This document shows, piece by piece, positions 1 through 15,559 of a stretch of DNA of 64,000 bases. A model generated the notes under the pieces. It made no database searches, was not told where the DNA came from, and saw only the letters and a list, made by a program, of their open reading frames with translations. Made by a program: the position numbers and the translations under genes. Source of the stretch: Mustelus asterias (Eukaryota); the NCBI RefSeq assembly GCF_964213995.1, contig NC_135806.1:93124001-93188000 (forward strand), read 5' to 3'. The first letter of the stretch is position 1, and every line of letters begins with the position of its first letter.

Positions 1-254
1 GTGAGTACCTAGGAGACACCATTCCAGTAGTGGTAAATGATATTGACCCCATCCTATCCAGAACCTCCAAGCACGATAGTTTAGCTTGGTTGAGGACACG
101 CTGAAGACAAATTCACAGATCTGCCATTTATCTTCACAACTCTGCTGATGCTAATTCCTCACCTCAATGCAGTAAGCTCTGAGCTTCCATTGTGATACTG
201 CTAAAGATTAGAATCACCTGACATGCTTCTGCACCTAATTTTTATGTTTGTATG

Positions 255-466
255 GGGAAATCCTGGTCGGTTCAGTCCTTATGTATGTCAAATATCTATC
301 CACTTCAGATCAGTCAACCAGTGATCTGCCGCAATGGCTGCTTTTGGGAAATTCAGCAAATTGCGGAAGATGTCAGGGAATTTGTCTGAATGGGCCCACA
401 CTATTTTACAGTCCCCATCATTAGGCCATCATTCCTGCCTCCATGGGATCAGTAAAATTCTGGCCA
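255..466. mobile_element. Degenerate non-autonomous DNA element (Harbinger-like MITE)
   Basis: Ends in gtaaaattctggcc, resembling the termini of other TIR elements in the window (33258, 49509, 40914). The left end is uncertain. Confidence 0.3.
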
Positions 467-1699
467 AAGAGAGGACAGCAACATAGGATTAAGAGAAAGG
501 CTCAGAAAGAAAACATTTTTTAAAATTTAAAATCTCAAATGATAATTAAAATGAGACTCCATACTTGTGAAAGTTAATTTTCAATGCAGAAGTGATCATT
601 TGATAGTATTTAAGATGTATCAATCATTCTGTTAAAACTTTACTTATACTAGAATGGACAAATGTTAATGATTTGTGTCCAGATAAGCAGGTATCTATCA
701 TGCAAATATAGCAACTTCATGCCATGGATTTTAAATGAGTCTCTAGTCAAAATACCATTCTCACGTAGATACTGAAACAGTAGGACAAATGAGACAGCAA
801 TTTCCCAACTTCATTACATAAGTGCAGTCACCTAAAGTTGCTGTCCGACTTATACTTCAATAACAGTGATGATGCTAGCCTCAGCATTATTCTGTAACAA
901 AAAAGGGCCCTATTTGTTTTTCCAAATAAAGACCATTTCCTCACACGCAACCCCATCCAAAGATACCTCTTCGATCTCAACTTATGGAATTATCTTGGGT
1001 TGGATCGTCAAACTGATTTGCTTGAAACTATTATTATTTTTACTATTGACCAGAACATAGATGGTACCATACCATAACCGCTAGAGTTTTCCCTGGACTT
1101 CTTCTCTTCCTCTTGTATTCCAGGCCTTGACTTTCTGGAACAGTGGTAGTAATGCCTGGTGTCTTAGACAAATCTGAGACCCAACAAACGAGCTCTTCTG
1201 TCACATTCTCTTGCAACAGCTAGTGCTGATTTGCTTGCCTTCCCCCACCCATTCATGCTCCAGAAAAGGGATGGCTCCTAACATATCAATAACCAATTAC
1301 TCCCTTTCTCCTGGTGACTCATGTAAGGCCTCTAATAAGTTTGAATAGCAGAGTGCTCACGTTCTTTAGGCAAAGTCTTCAGACAATTTGTGGGAAATAC
1401 TTCGATGGAATGTTGGTGAAGTCTTGATAAAGTACCCCAAAAAGTCTCCCAAACTGTCACAAAAGTCCTCTTCAAACACAGTCTAGTCAGAAGATCTCCA
1501 GCAGCAAGTGAACAGTAAAAGCTGTGCTCAGCACTGACTTCTTTACTCCTGTTCAACTGGTCACAATTAGGAGAAATTATTAATTGCATCACTAAACAGC
1601 AAAGTAACGTGCAGGTTCTCTAGTGAGCATTTTCAGCCAAGTTAATTGTCAATCAGAGCCAGTCTTTTTGGCAAAACAATTAAACTAAATCACGTTAAC

Positions 1700-2005
1700 T
1701 GAGGAATAAATCAAAAAGGGCGGTCCCCAAAAAAGGAGAGGAGCACCCGAAACAAAAGGCAAAGTAGAAAGGAAACTTAAAATATCAAACTAAAATATGA
1801 TTAAAGAGGTTGATAATGCACTCCAGCCCCTGCGGTGCTCACGGGTACGGAAGGCATCAACAGTGCCCTCAGACACCGCATGCTCCCTCTCCAAGGATAC
1901 CCAGCCATGAACGTAGGCGCGGTAGAGGGGCAGACAGTCAAGTCGGACGATCCCCTCGGTCACCCGCTGCCTGGACCTGTTGATAGCAAGTTTTGCCAGG
2001 CCCAG
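1700..2005 (-). mobile_element. 3' fragment of a Tx1-type (L1 clade) non-LTR retrotransposon
   Basis: Minus-strand translation LGLAKLAINRSRQR...DCLPLYRAYVHGWVSLEREHAVSEGTVDAFR resembles the Tx1 ORF2 C-terminus, followed by a T-rich 3' UTR. Confidence 0.65.
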
Positions 2006-2199
2006 GTCTTGGTCTTGGTCACTGAACTGGATCAAGTGTTAGATCAAGTCCAAGATCAGGTGCAGTGCCTTTTCTTGTATGTCTCTCTTGTGGGTCCATT
2101 AATTGGATTCAATTTGAATCTGAATTGATTTTTGGAGTAAGCAAGGAGATGGATTAAGGGCTTGCCCTGTCCACTGTGAATTAGCATTGTAACTACGAA

Positions 2200-2420
2200 A
2201 GGTAAGCCACAAACCTAGAGCAATGCTCTGGAGTGCCTGGCTTGAATCCCACCACAGTAGATGGTAAATCGTCCTGTGGCAGGCATAGATGACCTGAAAA
2301 AGTTTGGGTTCATCTTGTGGCCTAGTGATATAGGTCACTGAAGTAGTAAACCACAAACCTGGAACAATGCTCTGGTTTCCAGGTTTGAATATTACCACTG
2401 TCAACAGTTAAATTTGAATC
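2200..2420 (+). mobile_element. Two degenerate tRNA-derived SINE head fragments
   Basis: ccacaaacct..gcaatgctctgg..ttgaatcccacca occurs twice and is similar to the head of the SINE at 42286. Confidence 0.45.
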
Positions 2421-4099
2421 CTAAACTAAATCTTATCGAGCCTCGGCCAGTTATTCCTAGTTTGCGCTTCAAAACCTTGGCTCAGGTGACATCTTGTGCA
2501 AAAGACAGGATAAACTAACATTGCAATTCAAGACCTGATCATGGCCACTTGGAGGCCTTTTAATGCCTAATGTCTCCAGGGAAAATCAGACAGTCTTGTG
2601 TTTTAAACAGATTTGTAATTAGTCCCATTGTGATAATACAAATCACATTCTTAACAATGATCTAGATGTTATGCTGAAAGATTGAATTTGTGTGGCAAGC
2701 ACCACTCACGTATACTAATAATCTGCATCTTTCCCCATCAACACTTGGGCTTTGCATCCACTCGATTAGGTTGCACTCTTAAGTCACTTTATGAATTTTC
2801 GTAGTTCTGTTTTTAACGGGCCCTTACAATTTTTCATTCTTAGTGATGCAGAGATGTCATAACTCACTGTGCAGAGCAGTATGTGTTGACTGAGCTCTTT
2901 GATCAAGCATTTGGTCATGTGTCCCTTATATCCCTTTACGTGACTGTGTCAATGTTTTGTTTGATAACACTCCTGAAGTGCCTTCCAGATTTTACTATAT
3001 TAAATGAATTATATAAGTACAAATTATTGTTTTTGAGAGATAGTACAATTTTATGGTCCAAATGTTGCTGTTATAATGATGTAAAACTCAGTGTTCACCA
3101 TTTTTATTCTGCGAAGCGGAGAGCACTTTCTGACATCCACACATGCGCAGTAAAATGCAGAAATTCAAAACCTGTTGTCAGTAATTCTATGTTCCTCACA
3201 GAAGGAAATCACTTAGAAATCTGATTTGAAATAAATTTCAACTGTCTCTGCAAATAGTCTTAAGCCCTGTTGAATGAGGTATAACTAGGCTTTTAACAGT
3301 GCACTAAGCCATAACTACTGTTGAACAACCACTCTGATTTTGTATTTGTGAATTTATGTTGCTGAATTTCTCTACTCCATGCAAAAATTCCAGAGATTTG
3401 GATTTTTTTAAGTTTGTTTATTTATTTCAGCTTCTACCTTAAACCCATGTGTATATCACAAACTTTCTTTTGGTTTATACAAAAAAACAAGTGAAGGGCA
3501 AAACCAGTTCGTTACTTCCTGGTTTGCTGTCCGTGAGAATTCTTTAAGGTGATTGGCTGGTTAGCCTTTTTGATGACTTCAGTGATACTGAACACCAGAA
3601 ATTCCCTATAGCTAGGACCAAATTGAAATGAACACTAGAAAAGGTGAAAGTAACACACTGAGTGAACTGTAACATGCTACGCTCCAACCTGTGTATCCTT
3701 GGATTATTTTTTTTTAATGAGTCAACCCACCATAAAAGGTTAAGCTAGAGTTGATTTACTACGGCAACACAGTCTGTACATATCACAAAACAGTAGATAT
3801 TGGACATACCGAGCAAGTCAGGCAGCATCTGTGGAGGCGACACGAGTGGCTGTATCATTAAATTTGATATGTTTTGTGATAATTTTCTATGAGTTATATT
3901 TCACTAAGAAAGAGTGGGGGGGCTGTTGTTTACTGTTGTGGACTAACACCTGGGCAACCAGTGAAAGTGATGTTTGATGTCCAAGTGGATGTTTCTTTCT
4001 GGGTTCTGGAGCTGACCTGCTGCTACCCTCTCTCCATAGAGGCTGCCTGACCCGTTGAATATTTCACTTTTAAATATAAAACAGTAATAATAGAGACTA

Positions 4100-4700
4100 G
4101 CAAATACACAACGCACCTTCAGTGGCAGGTCTTGCCTCCGATTGCTGAAGGAGAGAGAACCAGCAAACCGTCCCCCCGCGAGCCGGTTCCAACCGTCCGG
4201 CAGGTCCTGGCAGCACACAACACACACAACTATCCACAGCACCCGCACCCAAACCTAATTATTTTTTAAAAATTAAATACAATTAAAGTAATTCTCTACT
4301 GATGTCCGTTTAAAATGAAACGGCGCCTATTATTTGCGACTCAATTATTAAATTTTATTTAATGTTCGAGGACCCAAGGGAGGGGGTTAGTTGGTGCGCG
4401 TGCGCGGTCGGCGGGTCAGGGCCGCTCGGGCTTCTCTTTACCTGTTTACCCGGGGTGTTACAGCTCGAGCCGCAGTCTCCTCCCTGCAGCCAGATCACAG
4501 TCATGGGGAAACTGAACGTGGTGCTGCTGAGGTACCTGGAGAGAGATGATTTCAGAGTGCTGGTTGGGGTAAGTTGGCGCTCCGGGCCTGTCTCATTCTC
4601 GGAGTGCGGTGTTAAAGTTGTACATGTGCTTATACTGACGGGACTGAGTGCTTTGCTCTGACGGGGTATCCCCGCGACAAATTCTCCTGGTTTGTAAACT
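4100..4700 (+). promoter_or_regulatory. RIOK2: CpG-rich promoter and first exon region of RIOK2
   Basis: Local CpG enrichment in a CpG-depleted background, an NRF1-like tgcgcgtgcgcg at 4395..4406, a pyrimidine tract cttctcttt at 4431..4439, and the ATG at 4503. Confidence 0.75.
4503..4568 (+). CDS. RIOK2: RIO kinase 2, coding exon 1 (MGKLNVVLLRYLERDDFRVLVG)
   Basis: Matches the RIO2 N-terminal winged-helix start. Donor GGG|gtaagt, phase 0. Confidence 0.95.
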
Positions 4701-5229
4701 TGCACCGATTGATAAACTCCCTGATCAGCACAATTTCGTATTTAAATATTGGAGTTAATAAAATTATTAAATGATGAACAACTCGCCCTATTTGTAAACT
4801 GCACATTTGCTAGCGTTACGGGGTTCTGGTGGGGTGGGGTGGGTGGTGAACATAAGTTTTGATACTTCTTATGTTGTATACAAGTCATTAAAGTATAACA
4901 CAACTCTTATCTGGCAAAACAGAATCTCCCATGATGTTTATTATTTTGCCCAAGATGTCCTATCTAGTCAATATCCAACCCTGCTGATTTTTTTAATAAA
5001 CAGGAAACAGCAGAAATACACAGATGAAGGAATATCTATGCAGAGCAAATTAAAAGTTAATGTTACTAACTTTTTGCGAGAACTGGATATGAATGGTTTT
5101 AATCAAGCTTGGATGTAAGGGAAGGAAAGAATACAAGGGAAGAGCAACAGGTTAAATGCCAAATGGGATGAATCAATGTCAACAGATCAGTTAGGATCTG
5201 AAATTGCACAACTCGGTGCAAGTCTGAAA

Positions 5230-7260
5230 GGCAGTGAAGTGCCTTACCTAAAGATGAGGTGCTATTCCACTAGCTTATGTTGTGCTTTATTGGAGCAGTA
5301 AAGAAGATTGGGGACAGAGAGGTTAGAATAGGAGTGTGTGGAGAATTAAAATGATAGCTAACTGGAAGTTCAAGGTCACAGTTGTCATCTGAACCGAGGT
5401 GTTCCACAAAGTAGTTACCCAATCTGTGTTTGGTCTCCCCAATGTAGAGAAGATTGCATCATGACCTGCAAATACTATACTACATTGAAAGAAGTACCAG
5501 TAAATTGTTGTTTCACCCAGGTATATTTGAGTTCCTGGACAGTGGGAAGATAAAGAGTATTTGTTGCATCATGTGGTTGCATGGGAAGGCATGATGAGAT
5601 GGAGAGGAGATGCTCTGAGGAATGGAGCAGCGCACCAAGGTGCTGCAGGGGAGACGGTCCCTGCAAAATGTAAGGGGAAGGGAAGATGTTTGGTGGTATC
5701 ATCCTGAAGATGGTCAGAATGGTGGAGGATGATCCATTGGAATGGTGGAGACTGATTGGGTGGAAGATGAGAACAAGAGAAACATTATCCCAGATCTGGG
5801 CGAGTGCAGAGCAGGAATGTAGGAAACAGTATGAACATGGTCAAGGACCCAGTCAACCACATCAAAGAGGAATCTTTGGTTGTAAAAGGAAGATGTAATG
5901 GAAGCACTGGTGTGTAAGGTGGCATTATCAGTACAAATGTCAAGAAGAAATGGAGGATGGAATAGAATCCTTAAATGAAGCAGATGGGAGACTGTATTGT
6001 CAAGGTAGCTGTCAGTGGGTATATAGTGGATATTGATCAGTAGCCTATTCTCACAAATGGAGAAAGTCCAAGTCTTCCCTTGCACTACGTGGTGAGGGAA
6101 GGTGGAATAGTCAGGATGAGAGTAGAAAATGGCACAGATCCAATCCATTTTTTCCATTACTTTGATGATTGTCGGGTCATACGGTTGGAGGCCTTGGCCA
6201 GCAGATCTCCAGGGGGCCACAATGGTTTAGCATTGCTGCCTCAGCTCCATGGATTCTGGTTCGATTCCAGCCTTGGGTGACTGTTCTCCTTGCATCCTCA
6301 TGGGTTTCCTCTGGGTGCCCCTGTTTCCTTCCACAGTACAAAGATGTGCAGGTTAGGTGGATTGGCCCTGCTAAATTGATCCTTAGTGTCCCAAGGTGTG
6401 TAGGTTAGATCGATCAGCCATGAGAAATCTGTGAGGTTATGGGGATAAGGCGGAGGAGAGAACCTGAGTAAGATACTCTGTCAGAGATTCAGTGCAGACT
6501 CGATGGGCTGAATGTTCCCTTCTGCATGTAGTGCTTCTGAGATCCATGGCGGTCAGAGAAACAAAGGTTTGGTGGTGTGTTCGTGGGAAAGGCTTGATGG
6601 TGGCGTCATGGTTTGGGAGAGTTAGGAGAAGATATTAGAGAGTTGGCATTTAGCCTCCACAATGTGGAAGTTGGTTCGCCAAAGAAAAGCAGCTGCATGC
6701 TATAACAATATTACCTTTGGGATTGAGAAACAGAGTGCTGCAAATTCAGAAGGAGGTAGGTTAAAGTGACTGGAGTGGCGGAACTGAGACAGCCAATGTC
6801 AGGCTGACAGTTCTCAATGAAACAACCTAAAGACGGTAGGAGACCAGAGGGAGGGGTCTAGGTGGAATGAGAATTTTGAAGATGGAAGAAGGGTGCACTC
6901 TGGGAAAACTGCTGGCAAAAAATATAAGCACGGATGTAAAGGCATTGAAAACAGCTCAGCATCATGCCATATTCCAAAATTAATTGAGATGGAGCGGAAA
7001 GGAGATGAAGCTGACATCTATGCTGCGGACTGATCATATGAAATCAAAAAGGGCAAGGTGAGAGATGGTAGTGAAAGCATGACAAAGGGTGAGATGTAAG
7101 GGCTCAGAGGCAAGTGAAGGGGAAGCTAGGCCTGGAGGGACATTGGTATCCAAGACTTGTTGAAGGTTGCGATCCTTAACTTGAAAGGAAAAGAAGTTTT
7201 CTTTGTTAAAAGTGCTGGATGGTATGAAGGATGAAGTGAAATTGGAGCAGGACAGCTTTA
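5230..7260 (-). mobile_element. Decayed Penelope-like element (GIY-YIG and upstream ORF remnants), interrupted by a SINE
   Basis: 5250..5900 is homologous to the GIY-YIG region at 52840..53400 (gatgaggtgct.ttcc...ggtctccccaatgtag). Confidence 0.65.
6213..6545 (+). mobile_element. HE1-like V-SINE
   Basis: tRNA-like head (ggttcgattcc B box), V-domain tgggtttcctctgggtg..ccacagt.caaagatgtgcaggttagg, and a CR1-like tail. Confidence 0.8.
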
Positions 7261-7261
7261 A

Positions 7262-7545
7262 GAACATAAGAACGAGGAGCAGGAGTAGGCAATTCAGCCC
7301 CTTGAGTCTACTTTGCCATTCAGCACAATCATGGCTGATCTTGTCTCAACCTCAACTCCACTCTCCTGCCCATTTTCCATAACCCTTCAACCCATTACCA
7401 ATTAATAATCTGTCCATTTCCTCAAAATTACTCAATGTCCTAGCATCCACTGCTCTCTGGGGCACTTTTTGAGAGAAATAGTTTCTTCTTATCTCCATTT
7501 TAAATCTGCTACCACTGATCCTAAAACAATGATCTCTTTTCTAGT
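7262..7545 (-). mobile_element. CR1 LINE 3' end fragment
   Basis: agaacataagaac..ggagcaggagtaggc..ttcagcccctt is the reverse complement of a CR1 3' tail (compare 60540..60596). Confidence 0.7.
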
Positions 7546-7939
7546 ATGATTCCAATGAAGTAAAATGGTGCATGAGAACTTTCATGCTATATCCACTTAA
7601 ACGGGAAAAAAATATCATGGCAGTATTTGAAATAGAATTTATCCTTTCAAATCTGCATTGGGTGGCAGATGGTATTCCTTGTATAGCACGTTCCTGATCT
7701 CAGGAACAGATTAGCAAAGAACATGATGATTGGATTCTCTTAAGTAGGGAGCAGGTTAACATTTCTAAAAGTAGGTTGTGTGTTCCTGTCAATAGTAATA
7801 ATTGTGGGTCACAGCAATCTCTAGCAACTCGCTTGATTGTCACCAGGGACAGAGGGGGGGTTTCTAAGTTTTTCCGATACTTACTTTTTTCCCTCTTCCA
7901 TGGGATTGGAGGTGGTAGGTTGGTCACATAATTAGCTTG

Positions 7940-10200
<2,261 letters not shown>

Positions 10201-12394
10201 TAATAAAAAATATCAGATTAAATCATTTTGTTTGCATTATTTTAACTGTAGCAACTGCCATGAAAATACCATATTTATATTCTCCATGTAAACCCTGACC
10301 TTGGCCATTCAGCTATTTTGTATTTTTCAGCAACAGTACTTTTATATTTGTTCATCTTGTTTATTTTGTTTTTCTGAGTTAGTTTATGCATTATTGTATT
10401 TGATTACCCTTTAAAAAGAAAAGACAATACTGAAAAAGAAGAAATATACAGTGCTACAGGAAAACAAAGTGAGGTAGTGGGATTTCTGAAAGCCAACATG
10501 CCACAAAAATAATAGCCCACATGACCACCTCTTGTGCAGTAAATTTCCATGATTCTGTTACTGAAGCAATGGAGAAACACAAAATTGAGAAAAGATGGTG
10601 CATTGTAAAAAGATATTGTGGAAGACCACAAATATAGCTGAGAAAAATAGTTCCAAATGCAATGTGTCTGAAATTATAAATGAAAACACTGACAATGACA
10701 GGAAAAAAATATATCTCTTTATGCAAAAACAAACAGCGTTGTGTACCTACACCATATGGATTGCTGCAGTTTAAGGCCATTTACCACCACCTTCTCGAGG
10801 GCAATAAATATTGGCTGCGCCAGCGATACCCATATCCTGTGAAAGAATGTTTAAAAGTACCAGTTTTACTGAAATGCGCACAAACTAAATATTTTTCCAT
10901 AATTTGTTGTGTATGGAAGGAAAAATATTAGACTACCTCTTAACCTTTAGGGTACTGAGATGAATGTCTCTTCCATCATTGCAAAGTCTTGTTTTAATAG
11001 CTTGTGTTTGTGCAGTAAAGCACATAAAGGACCTGAATATGCAAGTCTAGCATATTTGTCTTCAAATGAATGATTTCTACCAGTATAATTGAACTTTATG
11101 TTTTTATGACTTTAGAATTTGATTGTTAGGCTGTCTGCACAATTCATAATTTTGACTGAGTTCAACAAGCATCAGGGCTGAGGATTTTTTTTCACCTCGG
11201 GGGGTTGGGGGGGGAACCTTTTTAGATATCCAAATCAGATCAAAAGTGGCAGAGATTGATACTGGATTTAGACCCCATTTATGTTGCCCTGAAATTCCCA
11301 AGCTCTCCTTGAATGGCAGAAGTCGAATCAGTAAAGGCCCTATTGTGGTGAGACGTGTAAGGGGATTTTCTCGGGACTGCCTCTGGTGCCATGTATTGAT
11401 CTGAACTCGGCTAATACAAAGACTCACCAAAGACAGTATGCAGTTAAAGATGTTCTTTATTGACCAATACGCATTGGGAGAGAGACAGCCAGAAGATTCC
11501 AACTTTGTCGTTACAGTATATGTGTAACCCTATTGCCTAGCAGCCTTACCTACACAAATCCAGTAGGTTCAAGGATCGCCCTCCACCTGCAAACCATGGG
11601 AACGGAGAAGGAGTCATTTCCCTCTGTCTGCTAGCTACCACTTATCAGTAGAAGTTGAATACTTCTATTCACAACAAACAGAAGCTAAGTGCCTCCATTA
11701 ATTTTAAAATCTTGGTAGCTTGCAGCTGCAGGGTCTCCTACTGATAACAGAGAATATATTCTGTACCTTGTTTCCAAAGAATGTGGCCTCTCTAGTTCTG
11801 CTTGTTTCCCATTATGCTTTGGGACAGGCTGCATCTTGGCCAAAGCTTACAAGACACTTAAGAATACAATACTTGTTCAAAATTCTCTACCAATGATTAT
11901 ATATGTGTCTATGCAGACAATATCTTCACATGAGATATGGCACACTGTGATCCCTATTCTAAACTACTTTGTTTTGATAGTCTTCAAAATCCCAGGGGTT
12001 TCTGTACCCCCTTCTACAAGATGGCTGGGGCATTCCCGGCCTCCCATCTATTTCTTGCAGTTGTGCCTATGTGTCTGAAGACACTATAATGGAATGTCTA
12101 AGGACATGTCTAATGAATGACCTTTGGGACCTTGCATTTTGCTGCAAATTCAATATAGGCCCAAAATTTGTGGCATTTTTAGATTTTGAGAAATTGTATG
12201 CCAGTTTTTTGACATCCAATGCCTTGAGCTTCTTCTTCCCCAACAGTCAAACATGAAGCCAAGAGCAAACCTGCTCCTCCTCCTGCCCCCAATTCTTGGA
12301 GCAACACAAGGCCTACATCAATGATGAGATCAGATCATGTTAATAACTGACCCTTGCCTACCAATGTGGGATTTTGGGCAGAAGAACTGTTTCT

Positions 12395-12770
12395 AGGAAA
12401 AAATCAGAGGCTGGGAATTCTGCAACAAGTAACTCGCCTCGCATCTCCCCAAAGCCTGTCCACCGTTTACAAGGCACAAGTCAAAAGGTGTGATGGGATA
12501 CTTTCCACATGCCTGTATGAGAGCTGCTTCAACAATCATTGAAGCTAAATATCCTACAGAACAAAGCAGTCCACTTGTTTGGTACCCTTTTCAGCACTTT
12601 ATAAATATTTACTCCCCTCCACTGCAGTAACCCACCATGGTTTCTTTGACAACAACTCCCAAACCCACAGCACCTACTGCATTGAAAGATGAGGGTAGCA
12701 AGTGCATTGCAGCAACACCACCATCTCCCGAGTTACAGATCATCCTGACTATAGAAATAAGAACATTCTG
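12395..12770 (+). mobile_element. Decayed non-LTR retrotransposon ORF2 fragment
   Basis: Translation QRLGILQQVTRLASPQSLSTVYKAQVK. A related minus-strand piece lies at 59280..59830. Confidence 0.55.
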
Positions 12771-13371
12771 GTGAGGAATGTTATTTAAGTACAGTAAGAC
12801 TGGCAACTTTTACATTGTGCTTTGATCTCCTTAGAGACCATTAACTTTTAAAAATAAATTTGAAGGTACAGGTTGATTGCTGAAGGGATGACAACTAGAT
12901 TTCACAATTGAGACTTTTTACTTTAGTGAACAAGACTAAACGCATATTACCAAACATTCTTTTGTAGGCAACATGTTCTTTAAACTACAGAACAGAACTT
13001 TCGCCTTTTACTTTCTATGTAACCAATAAACCCACTTCACAAGTGTACTTTCAAATCACTACAAGCTCAAAGGTTTTCTCAAACCAAAGTCTTCTTAGTT
13101 CCTGAGGATTTATTTTTCTTTTCTTAACCGAGTAATTTTAACCCAGAACTGTCTTTTACAGTGAGGGTTTTTCATGGTGCTTCTCCCTCTAGTGCATGCT
13201 AGGCAAATCTTCCTGCATCGTTTCAAATCCTAACGAATTTGGTCTTTTCAATCCAAGCGTAAGCTTCCACTCTCATTCCTGCAGGGTGAACTACAGTGAC
13301 TTTTGGCCTCTAACTGCGCTCTCTCCCAGATCCTAACAGACTGCCTATGTCTGAGAGTTTCAAGGATAAGT

Positions 13372-13712
13372 GGGCGGCACGGTAGCACAATTGTTAGCAC
13401 TGCTGCCTCACAGCTCCAGGGACCTGGGTTCGATTCCCGGCTTGGGTCACTGTCTGTGTGCAGTTTGCACATTCTCCTCGTGTCTGCGTGGGCTTCCTCT
13501 GGGTGCTCCGGTTTCCTCCCACAGTCCAAAGATGTGCGGGTTAGGTTCATTGGCCATGCTAAAATTGCCCCTTAGTGTCATGGGATGCGTCGATTAGCAG
13601 GTAAAATATGTAGGGATATGGGGGTAGGGCCTGGGTGGGATTGTGGTCGGTGCAGACTCGATGGGCCGAATGGCCTCTTTCTGTACTGTAGGGTTTCTAT
13701 GATTGCTATGAT
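13372..13712 (+). mobile_element. HE1-like V-SINE, young and near full length
   Basis: gggcggcacggtagcaca A box, ggttcgattcc B box, V-domain, and a ttctatgat tail. Confidence 0.92.
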
Positions 13713-14751
13713 ATTTTATAACTCCTTCCCCTCTCAAAGCCTACCTCCATGGCAACATGAATCACATGGCCTTTGTATCCCAGTATAAATGCTGATTTGC
13801 TATCCTTGAGACCCCAAATCTCTTTATCTTGGAACAAAATAGCAAGTTTTAAAGCATAACTGACCTTCCTGGGACTTTGGATGCAAGCAATCTATCCACT
13901 GTAAGCACAGTCATTATCAGTGAATACCTTACGCCTTCTCTCAAAAATATCTGTGCCTTTCTTTAATCTATAACAGCCCCCTCACCTAAGTCCTTTGTCA
14001 GACAGACTCCAAAATGTGTCACATGACACACCCTTCATTCCCTTATAAATTAGCATAAAGTTCCAAAACATTGTGCAAAAAAAATGTTTGACATATTACA
14101 ACTACAGAAACTGCTTAAATTAGTTTCACATCACAAAATCTGAAAAGCTGTACTTATTGTTCACTGTATAATAGAATTGAAATAACTGCTGGAAACCTTC
14201 GACCGATCAGGCAGTATTTTTGGAAAAAATGAATTAGAGTTAACATTCAACATGTGGAAGGTGTTGGACATTAACACCTTTTTTGAGTAGGTATAATCAT
14301 GCAGGGGTGAGGGTGAAACGGTCAAAAGGTTGTGGTGTCTTGAGTAGAAGATTGGAGTAATTAATTGACTTTTATGTGATCGTGCAAAGCAAAATGAGAA
14401 AATGAGGCAGGTATACAAACAAAAAAAGCTTACCCATGTCTACAACAATATGACAAAGAACGAAGATTACAGGGAAAATCTGGCAAAGATAGGAAGGCTC
14501 CAATGACTTAGAATGTGATGGCAGAAAAGTAGATTAAACCCAGACAGGAACAGGCCAATCAATGACTGCTTACCAAGGTGCCCTCTACCTCAAGCACCAG
14601 CCCACAATTCATCCATTCCCAGTAGCACCTGTGCAAACATCCTCCATTCCAAGCATCCGTTGTTGAAGAGAAATTGAGAATGATGTATAAAGTGTTGTAC
14701 TTGGCTTTAAAACCCAAGCACTATAAAATGCCTCGTAGAAAGATGAGGTAG

Positions 14752-15063
<312 letters not shown>

Positions 15064-15559
15064 TAGGGAATAACTTTTGACTTGTAAATTGGAAGACTGA
15101 AATCTACATGATTTGAAGAAAAGGCTGACCAACATCATCTCAGGGCAACGATATGAAGGGAATGGGGGGTCAATAAAAAAAGTGCATAGGCGATCTGTTG
15201 CATGTACTAAGCACATTGCAAAATGAAGCAGCTGTATATTAAAATATTGAGTGTGGCTGTATTTATAAAGTCATAGGGCTGGGAGATGTAATCCAGTTCT
15301 GCCTGCTCTGGACATCTCTGAACCCCTCAGGTTTTGTGAATAGTACAGCGGGAAAGTTACTTATGGACCTATTATAAAAGGTCACTGGGAATGTGTCCTT
15401 GAGGTATAATTACCTTGCAAAGTTCAGATGGCATTTGTAGTCGTTCGTCATGCAAATGCTTCAGTGCATTGCACTCTTTGTTTTTAATATTCTGATTATG
15501 TTCTTAAACTAGAACAATTTGGGACAAATAAGTTTAAAGTCATCAAATTGAGGAATAGT

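Noticed and set aside
2005-2060. Short repeats ggtctt/gatcaag as a CRISPR-like array
   Set aside because: These are irregular 6-12 bp repeats at a retroelement junction in a vertebrate genome, with no repeat-spacer structure.
13372-13450. tRNA genes at SINE heads (also 6213, 9284, 41749, 42286, 49975)
   Set aside because: The A/B boxes run directly into SINE bodies and tails, and there is no complete cloverleaf.
11345-14100. Possible solo LTRs in RIOK2 intron 2
   Set aside because: The composition is suggestive, but no TSD, paired LTR, primer-binding site or internal ORF could be supported.
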